From assembly GCA_963815715.1 (NCBI GenBank), contig CAWFHU010000015.1, forward strand, positions 111,933-175,932: a stretch of 64,000 nt of DNA, given 5' to 3'. Source of the stretch: an uncultured Chloroflexia bacterium. Its GTDB lineage: Bacteria; Chloroflexota; Chloroflexia; Thermomicrobiales; Thermomicrobiaceae. The notes under the pieces are model-generated. The model ran no database searches. It was given only the letters and a program-made list of their open reading frames with translations, and was not told the origin of the DNA. The translations under genes and the position numbers were made by a program. Positions 10,024 to 19,236 of this stretch are shown in pieces (positions within the stretch are counted from its first letter, which is position 1; each line of letters opens with the position of its first letter).

Positions 10024-10760
10024 GGAAGAAGTCGTTTCGCGAAACGGCCTGGCGTGTCTTTCGCCTTTGTCTCTATCTCGTCGCGAGGCCGTTCGTGCTT
10101 GCTGCCTTTCGGATCCTGATTGGTTTCAAGATCGAGGGAATCGAGAACGTCCCGAAACACGGAGCAGCCCTCGTCATCAGCAATCACCTGCACAATTCCG
10201 ACCCGATACTGTTGGTAGCCGCCTATCCTCGGCCGCTCCTGTGGATGGCCAAGAAAGAAGTGTTTGGCGTTCCTTTTGTTGGCTGGGTTGCGGACTCAGC
10301 GGGAGCGTTTCCTGTGGATCGCGGACAGGCGGATCGCCAGGCGCTGCGCAACGCCGAACGGCTGCTGAGTGAGGGATACATCGTCGGCGTGTTTCCTGAG
10401 GGGACGCGAAGCGTCACTGGCGGACTTAAGGATGTCTATCCGGGAGTGGCGATTGTTGCGTCTCGAAGCAACGTTCCCATCATCCCAACGGCCATCTTCG
10501 GCACCGAGGTATTGCCGTTCAACGGCGCCAAGGGCCGCAAACAGGGACGCGGACGCCCGCAAGTCACCGTGCGAATGGGCAAGCCCTTCTATCTTCCGAA
10601 GCGAGAGACCGGAGCGAAGCGCCAGTCCATGGCCGATCTCACCGACCTTATGATGATTCATGTGGCGGAGCTATTGCCTCCGGAATATCGCGGCATCTAC
10701 TCCGACAAGCTGGAATCCGAACGGGTTGAGGCGACTGTCTCCGAACTGATCGCAGGTTAG
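10020..10760 (+). CDS. plsC: 1-acyl-sn-glycerol-3-phosphate acyltransferase
   Basis: 246 aa. HX4D motif NHLHNSDP and FPEGTRS. TTG start overlaps the cmk stop (TTGA). Confidence 0.8.
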   Translation: MRKKSFRETAWRVFRLCLYLVARPFVLAAFRILIGFKIEGIENVPKHGAALVISNHLHNSDPILLVAAYPRPLLWMAKKEVFGVPFVGWVADSAGAFPVDRGQADRQALRNAERLLSEGYIVGVFPEGTRSVTGGLKDVYPGVAIVASRSNVPIIPTAIFGTEVLPFNGAKGRKQGRGRPQVTVRMGKPFYLPKRETGAKRQSMADLTDLMMIHVAELLPPEYRGIYSDKLESERVEATVSELIAG

Positions 10761-10773
10761 CAACGCAAACAGA

Positions 10774-10817
10774 GCGCGGACCGAACTGATCGGTCCGCGC
10801 TTCTTGCGTTTCTATTT
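10774..10817. terminator. intrinsic terminator between convergent plsC and DUF362 genes
   Basis: Perfect 11-bp stem GCGCGGACCGA / TCGGTCCGCGC (10774-10784 / 10790-10800) with a 5-nt loop, followed by the T-rich TTCTTGCGTTTCTATTT. Confidence 0.75.
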
Positions 10818-10836
10818 GCTGTACCTTTGGTGTGGC

Positions 10837-12066
10837 TCAGTCCTCGATCAGTCGTTTGGCGGCGATGGCCGCTCCACCGATCAATGCCGCCGCACCGAGC
10901 GCCGCAACGGCAGTCGCGCCCGGCTCTGGACCCGGCAGAACGACTTTGCCGTCGTCATAGCTCTTGAAGAGCTGGCCCCACTTGGTGTCGAGCGCGTCTT
11001 TGACGCGTTTGCGTCCAACCACCGGGTACCAGTAGACGTTGTGGTAGAAGTTCGATGCGAAGTAGGACCACGGCACGATCGGAGAGCGCAGCAGCGCATT
11101 CTCGAAGCGCTTCAGTGGACCGTGATAGATCAGTTCCTGACCTTTGCTGGCAAACGTGTCCTCTTTGATGAAGCCCCAGTCCTCGGCGGAGATGTCGTAG
11201 CCGACGATCTCGATGTCCTTGGGGTCTCCGATGCCGAGGCCCTTCTCATGTGCCAGGCGGATGAAATCGAGTGACATCGGGTCGAATCCCTGCATCTTGG
11301 CGCTGATGGCGTCGATCGCCACCTGGTCGGCGCTCGCCAGGATGATGTCCTTCTCGTGCGGGCGCATGGCGCGTGGGCCGGCCCCGTCACCAGCAAACGT
11401 GCCATCCATTACCGCGAAGAGGCCCGGATGGATCTCGCGCTGAATCGTCAAGAGGTCGACCAGCGTTTCGTGGATGACCGCGTGGGTCCAGTGGCGCCGC
11501 TCGTTGAGGAGTCCACCGAAGGCATTTTTCATGGCTCCGGTGATAGTGGTGAAGACGTGCGTCTTGACGGTCGGCAGCTGGATGATGTTCTTGCCGATGA
11601 ACATCTTGGGGATCTTGATCCCTTCCGGGAAGATGTCGTGCAGCACGAGCATCTCGTCCTTCGGCTCGTAAATGCCCCACTCGATCTCCGGCTCATACAG
11701 ATGCACATTGTCGACGTCGTACTTGTCGACCACATACTTATGCTTGTTGTTCTTCTCTCCAACATACGCATCGACCACCACGGTCTTGTTGTGAGCCCCA
11801 ATCAGGTGCTGGTACCCATCGGCGCGCAAGCGCCGGATGACTCCCTCGAGCTGCCAGGGGGTGGTGGAGCAGGCCGGATACCACGTTTGCCAGGAGATGT
11901 TGATCTTGAGGATCGTGTCCAGGTCCACAGGCAGTGCCGACTGGTAGTCCGCCATCTGCATGACCTGGCCGATGTCGTCCAGGATTGTCTCCGGACGCGT
12001 TTTGAGAACGGCAACCTTGCCTTTCCCCGGGAAGTCGTAATTCATTCGTGTGTCATCCTTCATCAA
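10837..12066 (-). CDS. DUF362 domain-containing protein with C-terminal membrane anchor
   Basis: About 400 aa. The N-terminal region KVAVLKTRPETILDDIGQVMQ...ILKINISWQTWYPACSTTPW resembles DUF362 proteins as I remember them. C-terminal hydrophobic ATAVAALGAAALIGGAAIAA. The real start is probably ATG 12045 (AAGGA RBS) or ATG 12063. Confidence 0.6.
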   Translation of the reverse strand: MMKDDTRMNYDFPGKGKVAVLKTRPETILDDIGQVMQMADYQSALPVDLDTILKINISWQTWYPACSTTPWQLEGVIRRLRADGYQHLIGAHNKTVVVDAYVGEKNNKHKYVVDKYDVDNVHLYEPEIEWGIYEPKDEMLVLHDIFPEGIKIPKMFIGKNIIQLPTVKTHVFTTITGAMKNAFGGLLNERRHWTHAVIHETLVDLLTIQREIHPGLFAVMDGTFAGDGAGPRAMRPHEKDIILASADQVAIDAISAKMQGFDPMSLDFIRLAHEKGLGIGDPKDIEIVGYDISAEDWGFIKEDTFASKGQELIYHGPLKRFENALLRSPIVPWSYFASNFYHNVYWYPVVGRKRVKDALDTKWGQLFKSYDDGKVVLPGPEPGATAVAALGAAALIGGAAIAAKRLIED

Positions 12067-12216
12067 TAGCGTCGTCGTTCATGGCTTACACCAACGCAAA
12101 TCCTAGCATCTGAGAGGCCATCAGATCATTATTTCGACCCCAATCACCCCAATTTCGTAGACGGCGGCGTGCCGAATATCAGCACTCCGTGATCCTCAAG
12201 AGACTGCTTTACCTAC

Positions 12217-12245
12217 TTGTACGTACAGTCCAAGGCTGTTATGAT
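12217..12245 (+). promoter_or_regulatory. sigma70-type promoter upstream of the second carboxypeptidase gene
   Basis: TTGTAC (12217-12222), 17-nt spacer, TATGAT (12240-12245) preceded by TGT (extended -10). Leaves a leader of about 130 nt. Confidence 0.5.
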
Positions 12246-12382
12246 GTTGTCTGCAAGTCAATGCATGCCGAGCGCTCACGCGTCGCCCATAACACGCGAC
12301 GAAGACTGGGGGTGGGGATTCCCAGAGCGTTCGAGCCAGCACCCATCGCGAAATTCTCGGAAGGTGCCTGGGGAGGTCTCTG

Positions 12383-14044
12383 GTGTTTCGAGGCGCGCTA
12401 TGCGTGGTCAAGTCGTCTTGTCGGTTAGCCGCCGTCGTCATCTTTCTCGGTCTGATCGCCACGTCCTCCGCAACGGCCGCCGGTGAACCGACGATTACCG
12501 GTGAGTATGCGGTGGCCGTGGATGCCGATACCGGCGCGGTCCTCTACGACAAGAACATGGATACGCCCACAGCCCCCGCGAGCCTCACCAAGCTCTTTAC
12601 CGCTTCCTATGCACTTCAAGCCGATCCTCTGGACAAGAAGCTGACCGTCGACCAGTCTGATCTGGTTGGCGAATCGTCCATGGGGTTGCAGACCGGTGAG
12701 ACCGTCACGCTCAAGACCGCCCTCTACGGCATGCTCCTTCCATCCGGCAACGACGCCGCCATGACCATTGCACAGAACCTGGGCGCCGAGACTGGGGACA
12801 CTCCGAAGCAGTCCGTTGACCGGTTCGTGGGCTGGGTCAACGATATGGACGCCCGGCTGGGTCTGACTCACACTCATTTGGTCAATCCTCACGGTCTGGA
12901 TCAGAGTGGCCACGTCACCACAGCTCGTGACATCGCGGCAATCACCATGTACGCGCTCAAGAATCCGGAATTTAGGCAAATCATTGCCACGCCGTACTAC
13001 AACGGCGATGGGCACGATCTATACCAAGCCAACCGATTGCTCGGCGAATATTCCGGGTTGATCGGTGGCAAGACAGGAATCACCGACAACGCTGGATACT
13101 GTTTGGTTGAGATCGCCCAGCGCAACGGGCACACGGTTATTGCCGTCGTGATGAAGAGCACCGACGCGGCCTGGTACCAGGATGCTTCGACGCTCCTGGA
13201 TTACGGTTTCAACGCCATCGCCGCCGGTCAGACGGCTCCGAACACGTCGCCAATCACACTCTCGCCGGTCGTCGTTCAGCCCGGCATCCAGGGACAAACG
13301 GTTTCGGCGCAGGCAACCACGACAGCACCGCTGGCGGCAGCATCCGCCAGCAAGCTCTCGGTCCATCAGGTCAGCGACAACGTCGCCGTCGTCAGCCACA
13401 ACCTTCTTGGCGCTGGATCGTCCGGCTTCTCGTGGAAATGGCCATTGGCGTCGTTCCTGGCCATGCTGGCCGTGCTGGCAATCGTGGTGAACTACCCAAT
13501 CGTCATCGGCGCGGGAAGTCTGCTGTGGCGATACGGCGTTCCGACTGGTCGGGCCATGTCGGTGCGCATGATCCCGCATCGGACGACGTCGACGCCCCGT
13601 TCGCGTCGCTCGTCGAACGCGCGGCGCTCTCGATCAGCACGGGTATCGCGCACCGCGTCAGTAGCATCGGCAGCTTCGATGCCTGATTCGGCCTCATCGC
13701 GGGCTCATCACGATGCCGCCGTACAGCCAGCTGCGTGGGAGAACGTCGTGTCCTTGAACGCGGCCGAAACCATTGGCACGCGCGCCGTTCGATTGGCGTT
13801 GCGTGGCGATTACCACGCCGCATCGAGCGAGTTTTCACGCGCTCTGCGGACCGACTCGACGTTCGATCTGACCCGCTGCGCCGGTTTCTGGGGCATGCAA
13901 CCTGCCGGTTATGTGGCGGCGGCCCGAGCTTATGCGCTCTGCGATCGAACCTCAGATGCGAAATCGCTGCTCACGGTCATCAAGCTTGGGTGCGGTTCAC
14001 ACCGAGAACTCGAATCGCTGCTGCATCAGGTCGTCGCCGGATAG
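12383..14044 (+). CDS. D-alanyl-D-alanine carboxypeptidase (peptidase S11); the 3' third may be a separate gene fused by a hidden frameshift
   Basis: 553-aa open frame. Signal peptide, SxxK (ASLTKLF), SGN (LPSGNDAA), KTG (GKTGIT) and a TM helix at 13440-13530. After that comes an Arg/Ser-rich stretch that looks out of frame (see findings). Confidence 0.75.
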   Translation: MFRGALCVVKSSCRLAAVVIFLGLIATSSATAAGEPTITGEYAVAVDADTGAVLYDKNMDTPTAPASLTKLFTASYALQADPLDKKLTVDQSDLVGESSMGLQTGETVTLKTALYGMLLPSGNDAAMTIAQNLGAETGDTPKQSVDRFVGWVNDMDARLGLTHTHLVNPHGLDQSGHVTTARDIAAITMYALKNPEFRQIIATPYYNGDGHDLYQANRLLGEYSGLIGGKTGITDNAGYCLVEIAQRNGHTVIAVVMKSTDAAWYQDASTLLDYGFNAIAAGQTAPNTSPITLSPVVVQPGIQGQTVSAQATTTAPLAAASASKLSVHQVSDNVAVVSHNLLGAGSSGFSWKWPLASFLAMLAVLAIVVNYPIVIGAGSLLWRYGVPTGRAMSVRMIPHRTTSTPRSRRSSNARRSRSARVSRTASVASAASMPDSASSRAHHDAAVQPAAWENVVSLNAAETIGTRAVRLALRGDYHAASSEFSRALRTDSTFDLTRCAGFWGMQPAGYVAAARAYALCDRTSDAKSLLTVIKLGCGSHRELESLLHQVVAG

Positions 14045-14145
14045 CACCAACGCCAATCAGAGAGATTTAAGCCCGGTCGGTCTTTTCCGAACCGGGTTCG
14101 CGGCATTCCTCGCAAAGACTACCTCGCACTCATACATTCGAAAAG

Positions 14146-14174
14146 TTGATATAAGACATGTAAGGTGTTATAAT
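14146..14174 (+). promoter_or_regulatory. near-consensus extended -10 promoter of hspR-clpB
   Basis: TTGATA (14146-14151), 17 nt, TGtTATAAT (TATAAT at 14169-14174). Lies 37 nt upstream of the hspR ATG, which has a GGGAGGAAGC RBS. Confidence 0.7.
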
Positions 14175-14210
14175 CCTCACGTATTAGGCATCGGTGTGCC
14201 GGGAGGAAGC

Positions 14211-14564
14211 ATGCGTAACAACGAGCCACTCTATGTGATCAGTGTCGCGGCACGGCTGCTAGAGCTTCATCCGCAGACGCTTCGCAAGTACGAACGCGAG
14301 GGATTCGTCTCTCCGTCAAGGACGACCGGAAATCTTCGACTGTATTCCAGTGAGGATTTGGAGCAACTGCGGCAGGTGAAGTATCTGGTCGAGGATCGCG
14401 GGATCAATCTCGCCGGGGTTCAGCTTTCGATGGAGCTGACCGCTCGACTCAAGCGCCTGCAGCGTGAGTGCGCCGCGCTCTCCAAACGAAACGAAGGACG
14501 ACTTGACCCCATGGTTCGGGAAATCGAGTCCCTTCTGAGTATGCTCGGCATTGAGTCGATCTAA
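14211..14564 (+). CDS. hspR: MerR-family heat-shock transcriptional repressor HspR
   Basis: 117 aa from ATG 14211 (inside track ORF 13911..14564). MerR HTH YVISVAARLLELHPQTLRKYEREGFVSPSRTTGNLRLYSSEDLEQLRQVKYLV. Sits immediately upstream of clpB. Confidence 0.8.
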   Translation: MRNNEPLYVISVAARLLELHPQTLRKYEREGFVSPSRTTGNLRLYSSEDLEQLRQVKYLVEDRGINLAGVQLSMELTARLKRLQRECAALSKRNEGRLDPMVREIESLLSMLGIESI

Positions 14565-14644
14565 TCCTCCCAACCAGCAATCCGACGACTACCGGTGCCA
14601 GGCGACCAATGGCTCACTAACTTCGATTGATAGGTTCCGAAAGC

Positions 14645-17258
14645 ATGAACGTAAACCGATTTACGGAAAAGGCACAGCAAGCGCTCCTCGAGGGCCAGCG
14701 CGTCACCGAAGATCGGCGTCATTCACAGTTCGACGTCGACCAACTCATGTACGCGCTCGTCTCTCAGCCTGAAGGCGTCGTGCCGCAGGTACTGCTCCGC
14801 AGTCAGATTGAGCCCCGTGCGGCCGTCGCCGAGCTCGATCGCGTGTTGCAGGCTGCGCCGACGCTTCAAATCAGCGCCCAGCCGGTTCTGGGGAACGCGC
14901 TCAGAAAAGTGCTGGAACAGGCCGAGGACGAAGCGAAGTCGTTCGGTGATGAATACGTCAGCACAGAACATCTGCTCCTGGCAGCCTTCAACGCGGCACC
15001 GAACGCGGCATCGATCAAAGCGCTGACCAAGCTCGGACTCACGCGAGATCGAATCATGAGCGCTCTATCCGCGATTCGCGGATCGCAGCGTGTCACCAGT
15101 CCGAATCCCGAGGGGACGTACAGCGCGCTGGAGAAGTACGGTCGCGATCTCACCGAGCAAGCCCGCAAGGGCAAGCTCGACCCGGTTATCGGTCGTGACG
15201 AAGAGATTCGCCGCGTTATTCAGGTGCTCTCCCGGAGGACCAAGAATAACCCGGTCCTGATCGGCGAGCCGGGCGTCGGTAAGACGGCTATCGTCGAGGG
15301 TTTGGCGCAACGCATCATTCGTGGTGACGTTCCGGAAGGGCTCAAAGACAAGCAGATCATGCAGCTCGACTCTGGGCGCGATGGTGGCCGGTGCGAAGTT
15401 CCGCGGTGAGTTCGAGGAACGCCTCAAGGCTGCCCTCAAAGAGATTCAGGAGTCCGAAGGACAGATCATCGTCTTCATCGACGAGCTCCACACCGTGGTC
15501 GGTGCCGGTGCAGCGGAGGGCGCGATGGACGCGTCCAACATGCTCAAACCGATGCTCGCGCGCGGTGAACTGCACGCTATCGGTGCGACCACGCTCGATG
15601 AGTATCGCAAGCACATCGAGAAAGATGCTGCGCTGGAGCGGCGTTTCCAGCCGGTAATGGTCAACGAGCCATCTGTCGAGGACACCATCAGCATCCTGCG
15701 TGGACTGCGCGAGCGCTACGAGCTGCACCACAAGGTGCGCATCATCGACTCGGCTTTGGTGGCCGCGGCGGTCCTTTCCAACCGCTACATCACCAATCGA
15801 TTCCTGCCTGATAAGGCGATCGACCTGGTCGACGAGGCGGCGGCGCGACTGCGCATGGAGATCACCAGCATGCCGGTTGAGCTCGACGAGCTTCATCGTC
15901 GCAGCATGCAGCTGGAGATCGAGCGGGAGGCGCTGCGCAAGGAAAAGGACGACGCCTCTCGGCAGCGCTTGAAGGAGCTCGAACGAGAGCTCGCCAACGT
16001 ACGCGAGCAAGAAGGTGCGCTGCAGTCGCAATGGGAGCAGGAGCGCGAGGCGATCAGCCGCGTCAGTGAGCTCAAGGAATTGATCGATCAGACGCGCCTG
16101 GAGATCGAGCAGGCTCAGCGTGCGGCCGACTACGGTCGAGCCTCCGAGCTGCAATACGGCAAGCTGGTCCAACAAGAGCAGCAGCTTCACGACGAAGAGC
16201 GCCGTCTCACCGAGACGCAGTCGACGAGTAAGCTCCTCAAAGAGGAGGTTGACGCTGACGACATCGCCGAGGTGGTCAGTAAGTGGACCGGCATCCCCGT
16301 CAAGCGGCTCGTGGAAGGGGAGATCGAGAAGCTCGTCCACATGGAAGAGCGCTTGCATCAGCGTGTGGTCGGACAGGCTGAAGCAGTCGAGGCCGTCAGT
16401 AACGCCATTCGGCGAGCCCGTGCCGGGCTACAGGATCCGAATCGCCCGTTGGGGAGCTTTATCTTCCTCGGGCCAACCGGGGTTGGCAAAACTGAGCTCG
16501 CGAGGGCACTGGCGGAGTTCTTGTTTGACGATGAGCGTGCCATGATCCGCATCGACATGTCGGAGTATCAGGAGCGCCACACCGTCGCGCGATTGATCGG
16601 CGCCCCTCCGGGATACGTCGGATACGAAGAGGGCGGCCAGCTCACCGAATCGGTGCGACGCCGGCCATATTCAGTGATTTTGTTCGATGAGATCGAGAAG
16701 GCACATCCAGAGGTCTTCAACGTCATGTTGCAGGTTCTCGACGATGGGCGACTGACGGATGGCCAGGGACGGACGGTCGATTTCCGCAACTCGGTCATCA
16801 TCATGACGAGCAACCTGGGGTCGACATATATCCAGGCCGCTGCGGGTAAGGCAGAAGGGGATATGCGGCAGCGCGTATTCGAAGCGTTGCAAGCACATTT
16901 CCGACCGGAGTTCCTGAACCGGATCGACGAGATCGTCATCTTCCAGGCGCTGACGCTGGAGGATCTCGAGAAAATCGTCGACATCCAGCTGGAATTCGTG
17001 CGGGATCGGCTCGCTCAGCGAGACATAACGCTTCAGGTCGTGCCGCAGGCCAAGCAGCTCATTGCTCGCAGAGGATACGATCCGGTCTTCGGAGCGCGAC
17101 CTCTGAAGCGCGTCATCCAGCGAGAGTTGCTCGATCGACTTGCGAAGGAGATCCTGAACGGAACGATCCGCGACGGAGAAACCGTGACAGTCGAGGTCGC
17201 ACCGGACGACACGCTCGTCTTCAGAGGTGCGTTGAGCAGCGCCGAAGTGGTTGCATAG
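14645..17258 (+). pseudogene. clpB: ATP-dependent chaperone ClpB, reading frame broken by one surplus base at 15371
   Basis: Track ORFs 14627..15409 and 15321..17258 are the N- and C-parts of one ClpB. The first ends ..[14 protein letters not shown], the second continues [20 protein letters not shown]. Skipping t15371 joins them. Both Walker A sites are present ([16 protein letters not shown]). Confidence 0.9.
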
Positions 17259-17265
17259 GAACAAC

Positions 17266-17297
17266 AAGGCCCGGGATCATCCCGGGCCTTTTCCTTT
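17266..17297 (+). terminator. intrinsic terminator after clpB
   Basis: AAGGCCCGGGAT-C-ATCCCGGGCCTT hairpin followed by TTCCTTT, 8 nt after the clpB stop. Confidence 0.75.
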
Positions 17298-17389
17298 GCT
17301 TGAGAGCTTCGATCATGTGCGGACGAGTATCCTATACTTGTAGGTGGGAATAGGGCCGAGGTTGACGGATGGTCGAAGGGTAGCGAGCG

Positions 17390-17515
17390 ATGAACGTATT
17401 GGAACAGATCATCAAACTGGTGATTATCCCGTTGGTGTTGGTGGGAATCCCGATCCTCTTCATTCTCGTCTTCGATATCGCAGCCCATCTCGGCGAACTT
17501 TTCGGCCGCAAGTAA
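17390..17515 (+). CDS. possible 41-aa single-pass membrane peptide
   Basis: ATG 17390. MNVLEQIIKLVIIPLVLVGIPILFILVFDIAAHLGELFGRK. Below the ORF-track length cutoff, with no recognised family and only a weak RBS. Confidence 0.25.
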   Translation: MNVLEQIIKLVIIPLVLVGIPILFILVFDIAAHLGELFGRK

Positions 17516-17677
17516 CCCTGGACCGGCTCATCTCAACAATCGGCTCGTTGTAGCCGCAATCAGATCCGCCATAGTTGACAGAATCGATCGCCGATTCAGT
17601 TCTGGGCACTCCGCCCATTCACCAAGTTCAGACCTTTAGAAAAAATGCACTGGACGAGGACTGGCCGCTTTAATGAG

Positions 17678-18884
17678 TCAGGACGCGGTTGCGTCGATCC
17701 CATTTTTGGTAGACGGCAAGAACGCGACGATCGGAATCGCCAGCAACGCGCAGGCTGGAACGATCCAGAATGCGTTGACGATTCCAATTGCATCCGCGAG
17801 CGCTCCGAAGCCAAAGGCAGTTACGCTCTGCGAAACGAACTGAAAAGCAAGCAGCACCCCGGAAGAAGGTCCACGAGCTTCCGGGAGCATGTCTTGCATC
17901 ACAGCCAGCTGAATGGGCCGTGCGGAGCGCATCAAGACTCCGGCCGCGATGAGGAGCGGAATCGCTGCCCAGCGATGGTTGTCCTCCAGAAGGTAGAGAT
18001 AGAGCAGCGGCACCCCGCCCAGCGTTACGAGTGCCATGACGACGCGCCGACCAAAGCGGTCGGACAACATGCCGCCCACGAATCCGCCGATCACCCCGGC
18101 TCCAAACAGCGCCGAGAGCGATAGACCTGCGTACCAGCTGCTATAGCCCTTCGATTCAAGCATCTTCACCAGAAAAATCGAGAACGGGACGACCCCAAGT
18201 CCGAATACGGCCACAAAAGCTAAGTAGCGCCACGATCCAACGCAGCTTTTGACGCAGGAGGGGCATCACCGGAATTCGCTCGGCGTCTCGTTGACGTGTA
18301 TCGCTCTCGCTCGTATCCAGCGTGAAAAACAGGATCACCGACGCGATCAAGCCAAAGACCATGACGACAAATGATCCCTCGAGCGTGAACCAGGAAATCG
18401 CCGCTGTGATGAATAGCGGTCCGACCGTTCGTGCGAGCTCTCCGCCTGCCAGGAAGAACGCCATCGACAGCCCAGTCTTCGATCCGCCTCGCTCCCCCGC
18501 CAACGCGACGGCGGGCGTGTGGAACGACGCCGACGCGAGACCCGCCGCGAAGAGCAGGAGCAGGACGAGGGCGAAGTGTGGAGCGAGTCCGATTGACGAT
18601 ATCGACATTGCCGCCACCGCCGGCGCCAGGACGACAAACCATTTCTTGCCCCTACGATCGGCGATCACGCCGATGAACGGCTGCAGTACGCTCGGCATTT
18701 GCTGCGCGGGAACCATGAGTGACGCGATTGCAAGCGGCACACCGAGCTTTTCCTGAACAGGTGGGATGAGCACCGCGGTGAACGATCCATACAGATCGTG
18801 CGCGAAGTGGGCGAAGCTGATCGGCAGCGTCGCTTTCAGCGCCGAGAGCTTGCTTTCACCGCTCTCTTCGATAACCGCGTCCAT
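17678..18884 (-). pseudogene. MFS transporter, frameshifted in an A4/T4 run at 18215-18218
   Basis: Track ORFs 18156..19145 and 17678..18214 encode TM1-6 and TM7-12 of one MFS protein (GVIADRRGKKW loop; MLSDRFGRRV loop). Removing one T of the run joins ..IVALLSF to VAVFGLGVV... The start at ATG 18884 (MDAVIEES..) is a guess. Confidence 0.8.
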
Positions 18885-19236
18885 GTCGGGAGTTGGTGCT
18901 GGTTCCAGCGAGGCTGGTGCGGAGACTCGCACCTCCTCTTCAGTTCTGATGTCTGGTTGATCGGTCAATTCGCGTGTCTTCTTCCATCGTTTTAGAAAAC
19001 GGCCCCGCGACGACTCTCCGGAACCGTTGTCCCTGAACGGTCCGAAAACCACCGCTGACTGACTCGCGAGCCTCCGGCTACCGTAGCACACCCTCTGCCG
19101 CGGGACCATCTGCGCACCGCGACGCCTGTTACTACGTGCATGCATGGAACAAACACGGCATCTGCGTCGTCTTTTCGGCAGAAGGACATTGAAACATCAG
19201 TTGAGCCGTCGTGGCTGACCAGAAGAGGAGACGGTC

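Noticed and set aside
14100-14210. Search for an HspR operator (HAIR, CTTGAGT-N7-ACTCAAG) at the hspR-clpB promoter
   Set aside because: I found no inverted repeat resembling HAIR, only trivial palindromes (TTCGAA, ACATGT). The operator cannot be supported from the sequence.
15360-15380. Programmed +1 ribosomal frameshifting in clpB (and at other sites)
   Set aside because: There is no slippery motif, no upstream SD-like stimulator and no shared sequence context among the roughly 20 sites. The sheer number of sites argues against regulation.
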